Virus record (IMG/VR): IMGVR_UViG_3300028586_000783
Coordinates: 1 to 40,930 of that record
Strand: one strand, 5' to 3'
Length of the DNA: 40,930 nucleotides
Source of the DNA: a virus
Taxonomy: Duplodnaviria > Caudoviricetes
This document shows, piece by piece, positions 37,178 through 40,930 of the stretch. Both the position numbers and the translations under genes were made by a program. The notes below the pieces were generated by a model. The model was not told the origin of the DNA. It searched no databases and saw nothing but the letters and a program-made list of their open reading frames with translations. Each line of letters starts with the position of its first letter. Positions within the stretch are counted from its first letter, which is position 1.

Positions 37178-38340
37178 TCAAATTACATTATTGATTTTTT
37201 CAAATTCTTCGATTGTCTTATAACCTAGATAGGAATGCCTTCTTTTTTTATTTACCAATTTTCGATGTATTCATGTACTTCTGCTTTCATTTCATTTCTG
37301 GTTAGAAGTTTATTCCCATTAATTAATTCTCCCTTAAAAGATTTGAAAAAACTTTCGCAAACGGCGTTGTCATTATGGTTTTGTTTACGACTCATACTAC
37401 GTCTAACAAACGTATAGGAATCTAATGTAGTAGTGAAAATTTTGTTAGCATATTGAACACCTTTATCAGAATGGAAGATTAAGTCCTTAGTTATTTCCCT
37501 GTTTTTAACCGCCATTTGCCAAGCGGGCAAAGTAGTTTCTTTACAGCTCATTCCCTTGCTTAAGCTCCAACCAATGATTTTCCTGTCGAATAAATCCATA
37601 ATAATTGTGAGATATACAAACCCTTTGATTGTTTGTATATAGGTGATGTCAGAAACCCAAACTTTAGCTGGCTCGTTAACTGCAAATTGTCTGTTCAAAA
37701 CATTGGGAGATATATAATGATTATGATTTGAATCAGTTGTCGGTATAAATTTTCTTTTGGCTTTACTTCGCAGGCCAAGCATTTTCATATAAAGGGTTAC
37801 CTGTGAAGTCTGTATCTTAAAGCCCCGCTCGTGCAGCTCTTTTGTAATTTTTCCGCATCCATAGGTTTGTTTATGTTCGTTAAATATGGATACAATTTCC
37901 TGTTTAAGTAAAATTATTCGGGATTCCGTATCTGACAATTCCTGCTTTTTTCTTCGGTAATAGGTAGTCCGCGATACGCTCAATACCGCACACATTTTTA
38001 AAATTGAAAATTTACTCTTATTCTCTTCAATGAATTCTTTGGTTGCAATTTTTCCCTGAATGACAGGTCCGGTTCCTTTTTTCAAAATTTCCAAAGCAAG
38101 TTCAGAATCTTTAATTTTATTTTCGAGTTCAGTAACTACAGATTGGTTGGGCGTTAATTTTAAATAACCCGCTCCACAAAAACTACCTGCCCCGTATTTT
38201 TCAAAGTCCTGCCGCCATCTGTTCAGGCAACTTGGCGTAATTCCAAGTTCGCGTTCAATAACGAGAATTTGTCCCTTGCCTCGCTCATAACTTAATTTAA
38301 CCGCATTCTCTTTGAAAGCACGTTCATATTTTTTCATCAT
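37178..38340 (-). pseudogene. IS3-family transposase, DDE intact, 1-nt deletion near the C-terminus
   Basis: WVSDIT, HSDKG, DNAVCESFF; stop after ENW at 37252, conserved tail NKKRRHSYLGYKT continues in a shifted frame to 37178. Confidence 0.85.
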
Positions 38341-38370
38341 CTGAAAGGTGTTGATTTATACCCGATGCGT

Positions 38371-39480
38371 TTATTTGGAACAATTTCCGGAGAAGGCTAT
38401 CAATGCTTCTTCGATTTGTTTTTTTGTCACAGGATTATCTGATTGTAAAAGTTCAGACTTAAGGGAATTAAAAAAGTTCCTTGGTATAGCATTATCCAAA
38501 TGTTTTCCCTTGCGGCTCATACTCCTGGTGACACATTTATAAGAGGCCAGTTTACGGGTAAATAGTTTATTGGCATATTGCGGACCCCGGTCGGAATGAA
38601 ACACTAATCCTTGCGCTATTTTGCGCCCATGAACAGCCATCTCCCAGGCTGGCATGGAAGTCTCAATTATAGTAAGTCTGTTGCTCAGGCTCCATCCAAT
38701 AATTTTTCTGTCAAATAAATCGATTATAACCGTGAGATATATAAGTCCAGTCACTGTTTCAATACTGGTTATACTCGACACCCAAACCTGGGAAGGTTCT
38801 TCAGCTTTAAATTGTCGGGTTAATAGATTAGGGAAAATACAGGGATTGTAAGGTATAAAGGGTGAACTATACTTCGATTTATTGCTGGTGCTTAGCTTAC
38901 TCACAAGGCCTAGCTTTTTCATGTAAAATGTAACCTGAGCTGGTGATAATTTAATGCCCCGGCTTTTTAATTCTTCCGAAATCCTTATGTTGCCATACCG
39001 CTCCTTATATTCATAGAAGACAGCAGTTATTTCTTGTTCCAATAAAAGGCTCTGTAGTTGCCTTGGAGATTTGGCCTGGCTTTTCCACTTATGATAGGTT
39101 CCTGTTAGTATGCCTAATGCTTTACACATTTTCCATAACGGGTACTTGTCCAAATTGTCCTCAATAAAGTGGAAGATCATAGGTTTCCCTGCAGCGATAT
39201 GTTTACTTGCTTTCTTAAAAATTTCAACGTGTAGTTCTGAGTCTCTTAGTTTTTTTTCCAGGTTTCTTTTGAGTTCGGAAAATCTTTTTAGTTCTGGGTT
39301 TCTAAAATGTCCACCCCCGCAAAAACTTTCTGCTCCATATTTTTGAAACTCATTTTGCCATCTATAGATATTCGTAGTCGCTACTCCAAGTTCTTTTGCA
39401 GCTTTAAATCGATTTTTTTCAAGTGCCAGTTTAACTGCGTTCTCATTGAAATTCCGGTCGTAAATTTTATGTTTTTCCAT
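38371..39480 (-). CDS. IS3-family transposase paralogue lacking two catalytic residues
   Basis: WVSSIT (D to S), HSDRG, DNAIPRNFF (E to R); N-terminal HTH; lacks the YN..R.HS tail. Confidence 0.8.
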   Translation of the reverse strand: MEKHKIYDRNFNENAVKLALEKNRFKAAKELGVATTNIYRWQNEFQKYGAESFCGGGHFRNPELKRFSELKRNLEKKLRDSELHVEIFKKASKHIAAGKPMIFHFIEDNLDKYPLWKMCKALGILTGTYHKWKSQAKSPRQLQSLLLEQEITAVFYEYKERYGNIRISEELKSRGIKLSPAQVTFYMKKLGLVSKLSTSNKSKYSSPFIPYNPCIFPNLLTRQFKAEEPSQVWVSSITSIETVTGLIYLTVIIDLFDRKIIGWSLSNRLTIIETSMPAWEMAVHGRKIAQGLVFHSDRGPQYANKLFTRKLASYKCVTRSMSRKGKHLDNAIPRNFFNSLKSELLQSDNPVTKKQIEEALIAFSGNCSK

Positions 39481-39550
39481 TTATGCAAGATCAAATATTG
39501 TATTTAGGTGCCTACTATCAATGAAAGAACAGTAGTTGATGTTTTAATAC

Positions 39551-39577
39551 AGCACTAAATCAAATAAATTTAGTGCT
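39551..39577. repeat. 10 bp inverted repeat between integrase and IS3-like genes
   Basis: AGCACTAAAT-N7-ATTTAGTGCT. Confidence 0.55.
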
Positions 39578-39616
39578 ATATTAGATACCCAAGTAGCAAA
39601 AAAGAAAAAGATTTTT

Positions 39617-40930
39617 CTAAGCGTACCGACCCATTATTAGCCGTTTGAGGTCATCCATTTCCTTTCGCAGTTCTATTAATATTTTATCTGACTCCGTTAG
39701 GGAGGTTACTGTGGACACTTGCAATTTTTTATTTAATACTTCCATCTCTCTGCCTATTGAAATTTGTTCAGTGATAGCATACTCCTCAGTTTGCTTTACA
39801 GAGCTATGCCCGAGCATTTCTTTCACTACATGAATTGGGACTCCATTGGCTAACGTAACGGTGCTTCCGAATGTTCTGCGGGCCTTATGGGTGTTTAGAC
39901 TACATATAAGCCCACACAATGATGCAATTTCCTTTAGGTATTCATTCATCTTTTGATTTGAAGCAACAGGTAGTATCGTACCTCTTTGCTGGCAGATTGG
40001 GTCATCTTGGTAAAACTCTATTATTTTCATTGCCTGGGGTAGCAGTGGCACATGAAAAGGGCTGTCGGTCTTTTGCCGGGTTTTAATAATCCATAATTTC
40101 CCGTCAATACCTTTTTTTATATCAGAATGCCGTAAATTAAAAACATCAACGTAAGCGAGGCCGGTATAACATTGAAAAATAAAAACGTCACGGATAACGC
40201 TTAATCGCCTTGTGGAAAAGTTATAATTCTCGATAGCTGTGAGTTCTTCAAGACTAAGAGGACTTTTTATTACTTTATTCCTTTTTCCTCTAAAGCTTGC
40301 GAATGGATCTTTTTGAAGGATGTCTTTATGCACTGCTCGCATTACCATTTTCCGAACATAAGTAATGTGCTTTAAGGTCGTATTATTGTTACAATGCTTA
40401 ACAGTTTTTAGGAAGAACTCATAATCTTTTATAAAATCATATTTGAGATCCCGAAACTCAATATCGCTTGAGCCGTGCTTAAAGTCGATAAATTCTTTAA
40501 CATGTCTTTTAGCAATCACAAAACGAGTATATGTACCAATCGCATATTCGCCAGTAGTTACTAATGCTTTCATTTCGTCATTGTGCTGCTGAAATTCGTC
40601 GAGCAATTTTGCTCTTGAAGCATCCTTACCTTGTATAAAGTCAAGAAGGCGCTGTGTCGTAATAGCATTTGAGCTAATTATTAGTTCTGCCTTAAATTGT
40701 AAAATTTTATTTGTGATGGAATCAAGGTAAAAATTGATAGCCCTTGCATCTTCTTTATTACCTGTAGCCCTGCATATTTGCTGATCCCATCGGTTGGCAT
40801 CCCACTTCTGTTTGGTCGAAGTTTCCCTTGCTATACCGTCAACGGTAATTCTCAAATAAATTAATCTCTGGCTTGTCACTCTCTTAGGTGACTTTAAAAA
40901 AAAGGTAAGCCTAAAACTGTTCTCTAACAT
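39617..40930 (-). CDS. Tyrosine recombinase/integrase (Bacteroidetes mobilisable-element type)
   Basis: IYLRITVDG arm-binding domain, FQCYTGLAY.D, RQKT, THKARRTF, MLGHSS...T..YA. Confidence 0.93.
   Translation of the reverse strand: MLENSFRLTFFLKSPKRVTSQRLIYLRITVDGIARETSTKQKWDANRWDQQICRATGNKEDARAINFYLDSITNKILQFKAELIISSNAITTQRLLDFIQGKDASRAKLLDEFQQHNDEMKALVTTGEYAIGTYTRFVIAKRHVKEFIDFKHGSSDIEFRDLKYDFIKDYEFFLKTVKHCNNNTTLKHITYVRKMVMRAVHKDILQKDPFASFRGKRNKVIKSPLSLEELTAIENYNFSTRRLSVIRDVFIFQCYTGLAYVDVFNLRHSDIKKGIDGKLWIIKTRQKTDSPFHVPLLPQAMKIIEFYQDDPICQQRGTILPVASNQKMNEYLKEIASLCGLICSLNTHKARRTFGSTVTLANGVPIHVVKEMLGHSSVKQTEEYAITEQISIGREMEVLNKKLQVSTVTSLTESDKILIELRKEMDDLKRLIMGRYA

Noticed and set aside
11-39833. 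Many short ORFs antisense to or nested in larger genes (e.g. 24999-25703, 15673-16050, 21197-21592)
   Set aside because: Shadows of well-supported genes, with no motifs or expression signals.
39617-40930. Tyrosine integrase as the prophage integrase
   Set aside because: It lies outside the inferred right end and the phage has MuA/MuB.
1-40930. CRISPR array or rRNA
   Set aside because: No regularly spaced repeats or rRNA-like sequence seen.

Overview
Positions 1 to about 37143 are an apparently near-complete Mu-like (DDE transposase) prophage with a contractile tail. TAnnTTTG promoters and the protein families point to a Bacteroidetes host, probably Flavobacteriaceae. The left end lies outside the window. 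Gene order: repressor, ner-like gene, MuA, MuB, early genes, an accessory island (degenerate long-arm tRNA, two-gene cassette with a permuted papain-like protein, YodC, lipoproteins), Mor-like activator, a leftward packaging/portal operon divergent from a rightward capsid/lysis/tail operon, a C5 DNA methyltransferase, a Mom-like enzyme and right-end repeats. Beyond the phage end are two tandem IS3-family transposase paralogues and a tyrosine integrase. Most notable: (1) a probable -1 frameshift at G GGA AAG fusing the portal to a MuF protein with a C-terminal CdiA-like nuclease, which has no immunity ORF but a promoter-to-terminator small RNA candidate beside it; (2) the permuted-papain cassette, a candidate anti-phage system; (3) a Ser-like tRNA body with a Gly anticodon and a broken acceptor stem; (4) a long RNA hairpin before the MTase-mom pair and an unannotated zinc-ribbon ORF with UGA in place of a Cys; (5) the IS3 pair, one catalytically dead and one with intact DDE, with no room for ends between them. 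All calls come from reading motifs by eye; no searches were run.
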